A stretch of 63,111 nt of DNA, counting the filler, from Folioceros fuciformis (taxonomy: Eukaryota): NCBI GenBank assembly GCA_049999805.1. It is 17 parts of 17 records of this genome, joined end to end, with 100 filler letters (N's around TTAATTAATTAA, not from the genome) between each part and the next. Parts side by side here need not be neighbours in the genome. Positions count along the whole stretch, not along the records: positions 22,975 to 26,094 come from JBNGIO010004812.1; positions 26,195 to 28,222 come from JBNGIO010004813.1; positions 28,323 to 33,965 come from JBNGIO010004814.1; positions 34,066 to 35,674 come from JBNGIO010004815.1; 13 more parts are not named here. One strand, 5' to 3'. A model generated the notes under the pieces. That model saw nothing but the letters and a program-made list of their open reading frames with translations. It made no database searches and was not told the DNA's origin. A program made the translations under genes and the position numbers. This document shows, piece after piece, positions 22,975-35,774 of this stretch; position 1 is the first letter of the stretch; each line of letters starts with the position of its first letter.

Positions 22975-25900
22975 TCGTACTAAAGGATGTTAGGCATGTT
23001 CCAAAGTTGACCAAAAGCATGGTTAGCGTAGGGCAGTTGGATGACGTTGGCTAACACTGTTGATTTGGAGATCGTTCTTGGAAGATCTCCAAAGGTTGTG
23101 TAACGGAACAGCCAAGTGTTTCCTTGTGGCATAGTCGGTTAGGACATATGTCTCAAAAAGGAATGAAGATCTTATCTCGTTTTCGTTACGTCCTTGCCTT
23201 TGACTTCTCCGATTTCTCCGTGTGTGAGCACAGTTTGTATGGGAAACAGATGAAGTCACTACATGGAGTAAGAGGTAAACACAAAAGTAAACATCTTGAG
23301 TTGGTTCACAATGATGTTTGTGGACCTATGCCCACTGTATCATTAGGTGGTGCATCCTATTTTGTCACTTTCATTGATGATTTCTCACTCAAGGTGTGGA
23401 TTTATTCTTTAAAGAAAAATGATGATGTTCTGATAGTGTTTCAGAAATTTGTCACCCTTGTCGAAAATCAGTCTGGCCTCCAACTAAAGTGTTTAAGGAC
23501 AGACAATAGGGGAGAGTATGTTTTGAAGGCTTTCCAGTCATTCTGTGATTCCAAGGGAATCAAGAGAGAATTGACTGCGCCGTATACTCCTCCCCAGAAT
23601 GGTGTGGCTAAGCGGATGAACAGGACCATCCAAGAGAGGATGCGTAGTTATTTCTCAAACTCTGGATTGCCTAACGGATTTTGGGCGGAAGCAGTAGTTA
23701 CTGCGGTGCATCTTATTAACAGATCTCCTAATAGGGCTGTGGATGAACAGGTTCCAAAGGAGATGTGGTTTGGAAAGAAGCCGTCATACAAGCATCTACG
23801 AGTGTTTAGCTGCGAGGCATACTATCATGTTCCGAAGGAGTTGCGGGACAAATTGGCTCCTAAGTCAAGAAAATGTATTTTTCTTGGCTATGGTGAATCT
23901 GGTGAGATGGGATACCGTCTATGGGATCCAACGGCCAAGAAAATGGTCCGCAGCAATGACGTGTTCTTCAATGAGACCAAGATGCACAAGAAGCGTACTC
24001 CAACTATGGAGGTGCGACGGGTGGTCTTTCAAGAAGATGGACTTAACCGTCTCGCGCAGGTTGAACATCGTGATGTGCAGGAACAAGTTCCTTCACTTGT
24101 AGAAGAGGAGTGCAACCAGCTCCGGTCGAGGCGCGAGTGCTTCGTAGGTCAGGAAGGATCTCACGCCCTCCTAACAGGTATGTTGCATTTCTTGATTATG
24201 TCATGCTGACGGATTGTGGGGAGCCCTCTTGTTATCAAGAGGCCATGTTAGTGACTAATAAGGACAAGTGGGAGAAGGCGATGTAGTTGCAGATGGATTC
24301 GCTCTATAAGAACCAAACATGGGAGTTGGTTCGGTTGCCTAGGGGCAAGAAGGCGTTGCCATGCAAATGGGTGTATAAGATGAAGAACATACCCCATTAT
24401 GGCAAACCAAAGTACAAGGCATGATTGGTTGCTAAGGGTTTTAAGCAACAGCAAGGTACTTTGATGAGATTTTCTCTCCAGTTGTCAAAATGACAACCTT
24501 GCGATGTGTTCTTGGTGTGGTTGCGAGGCACGATATGGAACTTGTCCAGATGGATGTGAAGTCGGCATTTCTGCATGGTGATCTCCAGGAAGAGGTATAC
24601 ATGCAGCAACCAGAGGGTTTCATTGAGAACGGCTAAGAGAGTCTGGTGTGCAGGTTAAAGAAGAGCCTTTATGGTTTGAAACAGGCACCCAGGGAGTGGT
24701 ATTTCAAGTTCCACGCATTATGCTTTCTCAAGGCTACAAGCATAGCGATGAGGATCATTGCCTCTACACAAAGCAAGCTAAGGATGGAAGCTTGCTCATT
24801 CTGGTCCTCTATGTGGATGATATGCTAATTGCTGGGACTAACAGTGATGAGATTTCATCGTTGAAGTCAAAGTTGAATGCTCCCTTTAACATGATAGACT
24901 TGGGAGAGGCAAGCCATATTCTTGGCATGTGTATTCGTTGAGACAGACAGAAGCGTTTGCTTTACTTGTCTTAAAATGAGTACATTAACAAGGTGCTTCA
25001 ACGTTTCAATATGGAGAAGGGGAAGGTATTGAGTACTCCGTTGCTTCCATATGTGAAACTGTCGAGCAAGGATTGCCCAAGTTTTGCGGAGAACAAAGCT
25101 GAAATGGAGAAGGTTCCATATTCATCATCTGTAGGGAGTTTGATGTATGCAATGATTGCTACAGGTCCTGACATTGCTTTTGCAGTGGGAATGGTTAGCA
25201 GGTTTATGTCAAACCCTGGCAGGAAGCATTGGGAGGCAGTGAAAGGAGTTATGAGGTACTTGAATGGTACGAAAGCTTTGTGCTTATGTTTTGGTAGTGA
25301 AGATGCATCTATAGTGGGATATACGGATGCTGATTATGTAGGGGATATGGAGAAAAGGAGGTCCACATTATGTTATGTCTTCATGTGCACAGGAGGGGCA
25401 ATCTCATGGCGATCTCATTTGCAATCGTGCATAACACTATCTACCACATAGGCCGAGTATGTTGTAGCAACTGAGGCGAGCAAGGAAGCCATGTGATTTG
25501 CTCGTTTAGTGGGAGATTTGGGGATCAAGGTTGAGCTGCCAGTGTTGCATTGTGATAGCCAGAGTGCTATCCAGTTGGCGAAGAATCTAGTGTTTCATGC
25601 GAAGACCAAACATGTGGAAGTGAAGTATCACTTCATTCGAGAGGTGTTGGAAGACAAGAGGGTACAGCTTGTCAAAGCTCACACCAGTCAAAACCCTGCA
25701 GATGTTCTTACTAAGGGGCTCTCTATGGAGCAATTCGCACAAGATCGGACACTCATGGGCATGAGGTAGACCACTCTCCTATGAAGGTAAATTGGCCTCT
25801 AAGTGGGAGGTTGTAGGGTTATTAAAGCCCAATGTGCTTAGACTAATGTCGTTAGTCTAAGATTAGTGTCTAGTTAAGTATCATTAGCTTAGATTAGCTT

Positions 25901-26094
25901 AAGTTAATCCATAGGAAGCTTCTTGTGTAGCTTCTTGTGCGCTTCTTGTGAAGTTTCCTAGGGAGCTTTTCTAGAGGGTATAAATACCCCGTTCAGCTCC
26001 CTTGCATATTGAGACTCATTGTGAGAGTGTGACCTCTCTTTCTCCTCGTCCTTGCCTCCTCCTCTCCTTCTTCACCATGTAGCTCTCGCAGCCA
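22975..26094 (+). mobile_element. Ty1/copia (Tnt1/Tork-like) INT-RT-RH, PPT and 3' LTR (from 25812)
   Basis: WHSRLGHMSQKGM, VHNDVCGP, YVDDMLI, NPADVLTK; AAGTGGGAG-GT-TGTAGGG. Confidence 0.95.
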
Positions 26095-26194
26095 NNNNNN
26101 NNNNNNNNNNNNNNNNNNNNNNNNNNNNNNNNNNNNNNTTAATTAATTAANNNNNNNNNNNNNNNNNNNNNNNNNNNNNNNNNNNNNNNNNNNN

Positions 26195-27121
26195 CCACAT
26201 GAAGACATTCGGTTTCCCTACCCTGTTGAACACATCCATCGCCTCCTTTAGCCTACCTCCACATGCATACATCCGCAGGATATGGTTCCCCAAATATGCA
26301 TTCGACTCGTACCCAAGTTTGACAGTGAGATCATGAACTCGTCGCCCCACCACCAAATCCTTCTTAGCTGTACAGAGTTTTAACACTGTGTAAAACAGAG
26401 ACTGAGAAACGCCAGAGTCTGACTGCACCAGAGATTCCAGGGCTCCAACGGCCTCAGAAAGCTTCCCCTGATGACATAACATGCTCACGGTTGCAGCACT
26501 TACGACGCCCGTTTCCAATTCTGTACGCCTGCCAGATCCACGGCTATACAGAGAGCTGCACTGGAAAGAAAATACTCCATGGCCCATTGAATGTGGAAGT
26601 GCTGGGTTTCTTACACTGCTGCCCCTGGAGCCCATTTCACCACCTGTACGCCTTCCAGGTTCAGGATTACCTGGAGAGCTCAAGTTGGAAGCACAGGAAC
26701 CGAGACCCATCTGCATATCCAAGGAGACGAGCTGCTCGTCAACCCAAGCTGGCTTAAACCTGTTGTTTAACCACAGCACCTCGCCGGAACCCTTACGCCG
26801 GAAGTCAGGGGAACGGGAGCTCTTCTTGTCTCGTCTGTTATCCCACCACATGGTAGGGTCCAGAAAAAGTTGTTGCCACAAGTGCTCCTGCTGCTCCTGG
26901 CAACTACCAGCATCGTCGGAAAACCCGTCCCTGCCCACACACGTTCTCGTTCTCGGAGGTGGAAGTGCTGGGTTCCTGACACTGCTGCACCTGGAGGCTT
27001 TGTTTGCAAAGGGTTCAATCCCGAAGCAAAGGCGAGCGGGGGTTCCTGGTAGAGTCCTCGTACACACACCAATTCCAATTTGTTGGGTCCGTAACAGGTC
27101 CGGTTGCCATACTGTGGCCAT
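26195..27121 (-). CDS. Pentatricopeptide-repeat protein, N-terminal part (PLS-like), with a probable transit peptide and a WDNR...PDF motif; truncated by a gap
   Basis: LCHQGKLSEAV, FYTVLKLCTAKKDLVVGRRVH, SNAYLGNHILRMYACGGRLKEAMDVFNRV..PNVFMW are PPR motifs. WWDNRRDKKSSRSPDF...VLWL lies upstream. Confidence 0.88.
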
Positions 27122-27904
27122 CGTTCAGGGACCGCTGTCGGAAGATGACTCTAACAAAAGTCTCGCCTAGGCAGATCCCCGGCCGGGTACATTGTAGGTA
27201 TGACCATAGCAGCCTGAAGGGGTGAACCGTGAGCCGTCCTGCCTGAAGAGGTGAGCCATCCTATGATACCTGTGGGGGAGCTGTCGGACTGGTACTGCAG
27301 ACCAATCGACCAAGTGAGGGATATTAGGTAGTAACTTTATGTTTCAGTTCAGATATACAAAACAGTTATTTGCTTGTCCCCCGTCATAAGAAAAACAAGA
27401 TTTTCATTTCAGGCTTGTCAACGTTAAGTGCATACCAATCTACATACCCCAAGATATTCTAAGCGAGCCATGGTATCACGGTCTCTGTTTCTCATCACGC
27501 AGTTGGGCCAGTTGGTATCTTGAAGCCCGAAACGGCAACGCGGTCTTGGATGTGACTAGACGAGGAATTGCCGTTAAGTAAAAGTCTAGATATGTGCCTC
27601 GCACTGCATGGATTGTGATTGGGGTTGCTAGTTTCACCTGCTTCCTGTAAACTGCCAAGCTCTTGTGCCTTGATACTCCTCGGCATACTGGCTACCAATG
27701 TGCTTTCACCTGCACTGTACAGCATCATACACACAAGGCAGTATTGGTAAGGAGAAGGAGTTGACGAGACCCTGCAAAGCACGTGTACAACGTGCTCATC
27801 ATGAAGAGTGTGCAGGAGTGCAGGGAAAACATGCTAGGCTTGCTACAAAGTTGTGAAGTACCTTGTCCCACAGAGCGAAATGCCCTCAAGTGCACGATCA
27901 TACA

Positions 27905-27980
27905 ATTCTTCTTCTTCTCATTCTCCTTCTTCTTGTTCTTATTCTTCTTCGTCTTCTTCTTGTTCTTCTTCTTTTTCTTG
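27905..27980. repeat. Degenerate (TTC)n microsatellite
   Basis: Run of TTC/TTG triplets. Confidence 0.85.
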
Positions 27981-28836
27981 TTAGGCAAACAATAATACTT
28001 GCCACCAAGAAGAATCCGCACACCACTAGGAATCCGCCTGGCACTGGCTACACTCACTTCTTCATTTTTCTCATGGGCGACCCTTACAACTGCAACAACC
28101 ATTTGCGAATCGATGCACACGGTACCCATCCCTCACAACAATGTCTCTCTGCTCAAGCCTCGACATGATCGCCGTCGAGCTGTGGCAATCACTGCACATG
28201 CGTAGATTCTTGGTTACCATCANNNNNNNNNNNNNNNNNNNNNNNNNNNNNNNNNNNNNNNNNNNNTTAATTAATTAANNNNNNNNNNNNNNNNNNNNNN
28301 NNNNNNNNNNNNNNNNNNNNNNCCCTTCCTCCTGTTGGTCGCGCCCGTAGACCCTCCTGATCAACTCCAGGTTCCATTCCTGGGGTCTGCCTCTGATCCC
28401 CTCCTCGCGTACAGGCTCTATCAGCCTCAGGGCGCACTCCCTGACCAGCTCGGGTCCTGCATGGTTCCACTTCTGGGTCATAAAGTTCAGACCCAACTTT
28501 GCTACCAACTTTCCTGCCCTGACCCTCCAGTGCTCCATATTGGGCCACAGGAGTAGGTCAATTCGGGGGATAAGAGGTCCCCCCTCCTGTCTAGAGGCTG
28601 CTGCTCCCGGGATCAATTCAGGCCGTGACCTCATCCTGGCTGTCCTCCTCCCCTCACGCTCGGGCTCTTCCTCTGTTCGCCCAGCTCTCTCCACCGCTCG
28701 CGTCTTGGAGGTCTCCCACTCCCCTATGCCTCCTCAACCCTCATGCCTTGCGCCGTCTGTCCCGTCGTCCTGGCGCTTTCTCCTCCTTCAGCTGCTTCAC
28801 GCTTCAAGTTACTATCAAACTTAAATAAAGCATCAT

Positions 28837-29042
28837 TGTTAAGTATTAATCATGTCTATAATAAATTACATTTATTGTTCTAAATGGGAACAACTATATA
28901 TGCACTATATTCTTATGTATATATTCAAACATAAATGTATGTAGGCTTAAATACCATAACTTAGACCTAAAAATGAAAGGACACATCCATTGGCCTTCCG
29001 GGCGAGTTAGGGTTTATTTTAGCGGCTTTCACACACCCTCTT
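28837..29042 (-). mobile_element. Copia 3' LTR (197 bp) with PPT
   Basis: The minus strand reads AAGAGGGTG then TGTGAAAG...CTTAACA. Confidence 0.7.
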
Positions 29043-29197
29043 AAACCACAACGAGAGGGGTACCACGAGAAAGGAATCAAACATTACTCCCCAACAACTC
29101 TACTGGAGTGGGAGTAATCTGCGTGTTCTCATCGTGAAGTTGATGACAACACGGCACCGGCTTCCACTACAAATGGCGGTCGCTAAGAGAATGTGCA

Positions 29198-29653
29198 GTG
29201 AGGGCAAGCATCTTCATGAACATCAGGATGACAACCAGCAGCGGAGAACACCGAGAAGCCAACGAGGGTTGCCTTAGCAATAAGCGAGGTAGAAGGGAGG
29301 GAGCACCTGCAGAAATACACCTTGTGGCATGGCCAACACCGCCAACTGACATGAAGCGGGCCTTGCGAAGCTACAGGGTGAGGTGGTCTGGCGTTTCTGA
29401 GATAACGTGGTGTCTGGTTACAGGCGAAGAGGACTCCAGGTCTTCAGATTGCATCGATCCCATCTCCAAGAACAACAATACTTATCTGAGCGAAGGAGAA
29501 GAGGAAGAAGTAGACAACTGGTCGGCAGTCCAACTTCAGCACCAGCCTACCATCACCAATGAATCTCAAGCCGCAGCTGTTCAACAACAGGTGATTGGAT
29601 TATTCGCTCAAGCTTCATCCACTTGCTGTCGAAAAAATCTGCTGTTGTCATAA
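29198..29653 (+). CDS. Putative antisense accessory ORF of copia 29954-33593
   Basis: Sits between the pol end and the PPT, opposite to pol. Contains MTTSSG, NKRGRR, RVRW and EGEEEE. Confidence 0.5.
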   Translation: MRASIFMNIRMTTSSGEHREANEGCLSNKRGRREGAPAEIHLVAWPTPPTDMKRALRSYRVRWSGVSEITWCLVTGEEDSRSSDCIDPISKNNNTYLSEGEEEEVDNWSAVQLQHQPTITNESQAAAVQQQVIGLFAQASSTCCRKNLLLS

Positions 29654-29953
29654 CCCTAATATAGGCTACTGATCAAAAAAAAAAAACTTCTGTCACAGGA
29701 GGCTGGCTATAACAAGCCCTTTGTTGAGGCTTCTAAGCCTGAAAAGAGGGGACTTCACCAGGAATAAAGTGTCTGCTGACAACTTGAGACAACTTTTAGA
29801 TCACTACTTCAACTATAGAAAATCATGTGGCTGTTAGATGAAGATGTATAGAAATACCACATGTTAGCTTACCCTTCCCCATGTTCTTAGGCTGGCAGAC
29901 TGTAAGGAGATTACTCTGTATCGAAGCCAGCTATCAGACTTAGAGGGGAAAGG

Positions 29954-32900
29954 CTAAGTGTTTTGAAAATAGCTGTAGAAGTTTATCAGCCCTAGGCCCT
30001 CCATATGCTGATAATGTTTAGCTTTTGGTAGGCCTTTAGTCAAGATGTAAGCAGTGTTTTTGTCGGTGGGGACATAGCCTACTGTTGCTATTCCCTTTTC
30101 AACCATATCTCTGATATAGTGGTGCTGGATCTCAATATGTTTAGTTCTAGCATGAAATTTGGGATGGGCAACCAGGTCAAGGGCAGACATATTGTCACAC
30201 AATAGGAAGTAGGCTCATTCTGAATTTGTCCCAAATCTGCAAGGAAGGTTCGTTCCCATTCCAGTTCCTTTGAAGCTTCTGTTAAACTCTTGTATTCTGC
30301 TTCAGTTGATGATAAGGCAACTGAAGCTTGTTTCTTGCTGCTCCAGTTGATCACAGCTGATGAGAGCATGAAACAGTATGCAGAAAGACTTCGTCTGGAA
30401 TCACTATCTGATGCCCAATCAGCATCAGTGAAGCCTGCAAGAGTGAGTTTACTTGTCCCTTTTGACTTGTATGCTAGACCATAGAATTTTGTCCCTTTTA
30501 AGTACCTAAACACCCTCTTGGTCGCTACCCAATGTACACGACCAGGGTTTTCTAAAAACTGAGATAATGTTCTAATTGCGTATTGTATGTCAGGGCGAGT
30601 CCAGTTCGCAATGAACAAGAGGCTCCCAACAGCCTGTCGATAGGGGATTGTGGCCATTTCCTTAATCTCATCGTGTCCTTGAGGGCATTGTAAGCTAGTA
30701 AGTTTAATCCCCAATGATATAGGTGTGGCTGCTGGACGTGCTTGCTCTAGCTTAAAACGTGTCAGCATTTCCTGTATGTATTGGTACTGATGTATGATCA
30801 ATAATCCTTCAGCTCTGACTCTAAGTAGCTGGATGCCGAGACAGAATCTCAACTCGCCTATGTCTTTCATTTCAAATTTACTGCTAAGCATCTCCTTTAC
30901 TTGTGCTAACAGTGATTGATCATTTGTTGCAAGGATCACAACATCCACATATATAGCCAAGATCACGTACCCTGAACCTTTGGAGAGTTTATAAACATTT
31001 CCATCAGCAGCACTTTGAACAAAGGAATGACTCAACAAGTATTCATGAATGGTAAGGTACCAAACTCTACCACTTTGTTTCAGCCCATAGATAGTTTTCA
31101 GCAACTTCAGGACTTTGTTTGTATGCTTGGAGTCCACATAACCCTCTGGTTGAACCATATACAGGTCTTCATCCAGAGAGCCATAAAGGTAAGCTATACA
31201 AACATCCATTTGCTGCAAGTCAAGATTGAATTCGGCAGCCAATGTGAATATCATTCTTATTGACTGTGCTCTTACAACAGGAGAAAATGTCTCTTGGTAA
31301 TCAAGGCCCTCAACCTGGGTAAATCCTCGTGCCACCAACCTTGCCTTGTACCTCGCTATATCTCCTTTAGCATTCAATTTCAGTTTGAAGACCCACTTAC
31401 ATGATATGGGTTTTCTTCCTTTTGGCAGATCCACAAGGATCCAAGTGTTGTTTTTGACAAGGGAATTGTATTCGTCATCAACAGCAACTTTCCACTTGTC
31501 TTTCTCAAGTCCTGAATAGGCTTCTGTAAGTGTCTTGGGTTCAAGGTGAATAGTACTTGATGCTGAGTTACATACCTCAGCAGATGATGTCCTAAAGTCA
31601 ATTGACTCATATCTTGGCTCCCTCCACTGTTCAGGAGGGTTTCTCTGTCGAGTAGACTGTCTTAATGGAGGATCTGGATCAGGGACAGTTTGTATGTTCT
31701 GAGGTATATCTTATACCTCATTTCCAGGAGGTAACTCCTCTCCCTCTAAATCTGGAACAGGTGGGTGATCCTCTAACTGTTCTTGATGTTCTGCTGTAGG
31801 TGGCATTTGTGCAGCCTGAACATCAGGACCTTGTTGATGTTCCTGAATATCCCGTAGAGGTGCTATGGCAGGAACATATGCATCGTCAGTAGCATCATCA
31901 GAAGGATAAACAGCATCAATAGGGTCTGCAGCGGAAGTAGGGAGAGGTAAATCTCCTGATGGTAGAATATTCAGTAACGGATCTGAAAGGTTTGGCTCCG
32001 TAATTTCTAGGAAAGTAACAGATCGCGCTAATATCAATTTTTGATTTACAGGATCATACAGCTTGTATGCTTTAGATTGCTCGCTGTAACCCACAAAAAC
32101 AAGGGCTTGGGCTCGAGGATCCAATTTCCTGCGTTTCTCCCCTGGAACGAGAGCAAAAGCCTTGGAACCAAAAACTCTAAGGTGTAGCAGACTGGGCTTT
32201 CGACGCCACATTGCTTCATATGGGGTCTGGGAGGTAAGGGAACTGGTAAACAGTCTGTTCAAGATGTAGGTCGCAGAGACTATGGCTTCTGCCCAGAAGG
32301 TTTGGGGCAGACCAGCCCATAGGAGCATACTTCTAGTCATGGAAAGGAGTGTTTGGTTCTTTCGTTCAGCAACTCCGTTTTGCTGCGGAGTATAAGGGAC
32401 AGTGAGTTGACGCTGGATGCCTTGTTCCTGCAGGAAAGAATCAAAAGCATGGTTCACAAATTCAGAACCGTTATCAGTGCGGAGACATTTGAGTTGTTTT
32501 CCCGTCTGGCGCTCAACCATCTGTAGCCAATCCTGAAAAAAGGTAAATGTATCACTTTTCAGATGAAGTGGGTAAGTCCATGTGTATCTGGAAAAATCAT
32601 CTGTGAGGCAGAGATAATAAATTGCTCCCCCTAACGAGGCAACTTGGATCTTTCCAGAAATATCAGCATGGACCAATTCTAGAATTGAGGTAGCACGATA
32701 AGACGCTGCTTGAGGGAATGGTAGTTCCTTCTGTTTGGCCACGATACAAGCTTCACAAGGAGGTAGCTCCTTGAATACTTGAGGTAACCTTTCTTCGTGG
32801 CAATCCTGTAGGGACATGTCAAGTAACTTTCGTTTGTTGACGTGCCCTAATCTTGCATGCCATAGGACAGCAAGTTTTGTTGACTGTCTTGTGATAGCAG

Positions 32901-33593
32901 CTGCCTTATGCTGAACAGCATAAATATCCAACTTATACAATCCATGTTCCACGACACCTTTGAACACTGGAAAGCTAGGTTTTCTTATGCGGTAGAACGT
33001 ACAAATTCTATCTGCAGCTTGCATCTCATACTCATTTGTTTGCATGAGCTTGCTTAGGGAGAAGAGGTTCTTAGCCATGGACGAAACGTACAGTAGGTCC
33101 TCCACTATAAGAATAGACCCATCATGCAAGATGAATTTGCATGAACCACTTCCCTGTACAGGTAGACTAGTTCTGTTTGTTTCATCACCTAACAAAACTC
33201 TTTCATTATTATACGCAGCAGTAAACTCATAGAACTGATTTTTATCTCTGCAGATGTGGGAAGTTGCCCCAGAATCTAGATACCAATTATCCTCTGGGGG
33301 AAAGGTACGAGCCAAGCAAACTGTAAGGATCTTCACCGCTGGTTTAGTGTCACCTTGATTCTTCTGCTTGGCTGATACTGCTGCAATCGTCTTTTGTACA
33401 CGCTGTGGCTCACCTGCCTTTTTCCTTCTGCAGTCTCTTGCCCAATGCCCTCCAACCCCACACCAGTGGCAGTTGCCAGGGCGTTTTACTGACTGAGGAG
33501 GCCTATTACTAGGATTCACAGGCATTTTTCCTTTGCCCTTGAATGTCCTTTGGTTAATCGCCAGTATCCTCTCAGACTTACTCTTAGGAGTGC
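29954..33593 (-). mobile_element. Ty1/copia gag (C-terminal part)-pol, lightly decayed
   Basis: CHWCGVGGHWARDC, WYLDSGAT, WHARLGH, LRTDNGSEF, RT YKARLVARGF, DADWASD, SSTEAEY. Confidence 0.96.
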
Positions 33594-33965
33594 TGTGAAC
33601 CTCCAAAGTTTGGGGTAGTAGTTTGTTTTGGTTGAAAAAGGGTTAATAGTGGTATGGTTTGGTTTTCTTTTTCAACTTATTTTTCCTAATTTTCCTTTAT
33701 TTTCTGGTCATTTTTCCTATTTTTCTTTGTGCTAATTGGGTTAATTGACCAGGAAATAGTGGGTTTGGTTATAAGAGTGGGTATAGGTTTGGTCCCAGAG
33801 CTGGGAAGGTTTAGGTTCGGTACCAGGCCATAGGGTTGGGTGATTAGTTTAATATTAATTAAAGATATATAATATTAAATGATTAAATAATAATATTATA
33901 ATATTATAATATTATAATAATATAATAATGGTTTGAACATAGGAACGGGTATCTGGGTATGTCAG
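33594..33965 (+). repeat. Repeat family D inserted in copia gag
   Basis: Begins TGTGAACCTCCAAAGTTTGGGG. Inverted copies at 1-70 and 50071-50277. Confidence 0.8.
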
Positions 33966-34699
33966 NNNNNNNNNNNNNNNNNNNNNNNNNNNNNNNNNNN
34001 NNNNNNNNNTTAATTAATTAANNNNNNNNNNNNNNNNNNNNNNNNNNNNNNNNNNNNNNNNNNNNCCAGGGACTAACTGCATTTGAAAGTTTCAGACAAC
34101 AGGGTTTTGCTCTTGCTGCATTTGTTTTGATTTTCGATCTAGCATCGCGAGTGAGCGAGGCCGCGTGCTGCAATCTTCACATGTGAGCTGGAGTTTTGTT
34201 GTGCTGTGTTCCTAAATCCTATGGCAGACATGGGGAATTGTGGGTGTTGTAGCATGATCAGATCTAGAGTAGTTGTGCTTTCTGTTTTGTGCTGGGGGGG
34301 CATCTAGGGTTCTCTAACAGGTGTGCTTGCATGCCACCTCTCGCTGAGAATTGGTTGTTTGAGTGTGAGTTGTTGCATGGGTTATGCAACCCAAGGAGCC
34401 TGAAGACAGCCCACGTTATCACTTGCGATCGAGGAACGTCCCTGCTAGGGTTACACCGGAGCGTGGATGAGCCAGGAGGAGGAGAGCTGCACGTCAATGA
34501 TGTTTGTCTTGGGAGGAAGAGGTCCAAGAGGACCATCAAGCTGGGCCAAGTGCTATAGACCAGCAGCAACCAGAGATCGAGAGTTGGTCTCCGTTTGTGG
34601 GCTGGACAGCCACTGCTGCCCCCACAGTTCCTTTGGGAAGCCAAGGAGCTGGTTTCAATTGTCCTGTAGTCACAACTGCGAGGTTAGGGTCTCAAGGTC

Positions 34700-35674
34700 G
34701 GGCATACCTCTCTAAGGATTCAGATACTAGATCCATGGAGGGAGGAGCACCTTACAAGCAAGAGAGATTCTCCGAGAGACCACGGACACAAACTTTGCGG
34801 GATTTCAGACTGCACCTTAATGATGTCATCAGTCGGGTAAAATTCAAGCATGCTGGAGCTTACAACCATTTGTATATGTTCGAGCAGCTTTCAAGTTATC
34901 TGTCTGGACCTTTATGAGATGCATCAGGCTGAGCTTACAGCCATGGTGTCCACGCCTAATCCAAAGTTCCAGGAGGCTCTTCAGCTGCCTTACAACGCCA
35001 AGCTGGCTACAGCCATTCAGGGCCATCAGCAGGCCATTGTTGCAACCACAGTGGAACCAACAGTGCCACCCCCAACGGTCATAACTCTTACACCAGATGA
35101 AAGGATAGCAACCACTATGGGCATACCCGATGAGCTGCAGGTTCCTAAGTATGCCAACCCCGTCGAAGAATTCATGGGCATTCTGGAGAAAGCCTTCCCA
35201 TTGAAGACTCCGGAGAAAATTGAAGAGCTGGCCTCTTTTGCTAGGAAGAAGGGAGAAATCGTGCAAATGGCGTTCCGTAGACTGCAGAAGCTACGTGAGG
35301 GCACAGGGATGCTAATGGACCAGGAGGCAGTGGAGAAATTCCTCACAGCCTTGGAAGGAGACCCACTCTTTCACTTTTAGCTCATCACAGCGTTGGTGGA
35401 TAAATATGGTGATAGGTATACCTTGGAGCAAGTACATGAAGAAGCTGAACGCAGGGAGATCGCTTTCTCTGCATATGCTTCACGACACTCCAAGGCATTT
35501 ACTCGTTACTTGTCTATGTTCTCCACAAAGGGGTCTACTGCAACAGGTTCAAGGGCCAAGTCACAGCAGGCCAAGCTTGTCAAGGCTGGAGCAGCTGCAG
35601 CTACAGTTGCTTCTTTGTGCAATATTGTGGCAATTCTGAGCACATGAGCCCAACCTGCAAATGCCCAGCGGAAG
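34700..35674 (+). mobile_element. Probable Ty3/gypsy gag, decayed
   Basis: Consecutive frameshifted ORFs end in a CCHC knuckle (C.YCGNSEHMSPTC at about 35617-35660). A gypsy integrase follows on the same strand after the gap. Confidence 0.65.
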
Positions 35675-35774
35675 NNNNNNNNNNNNNNNNNNNNNNNNNN
35701 NNNNNNNNNNNNNNNNNNTTAATTAATTAANNNNNNNNNNNNNNNNNNNNNNNNNNNNNNNNNNNNNNNNNNNN

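Noticed and set aside
27471-28830. PBS-like TGGTATCAC at 27471 and ORFs 27476-28129 / 28323-28694
   Set aside because: No recognisable domain or element boundaries; the Lys-rich frame is just the TTC microsatellite.
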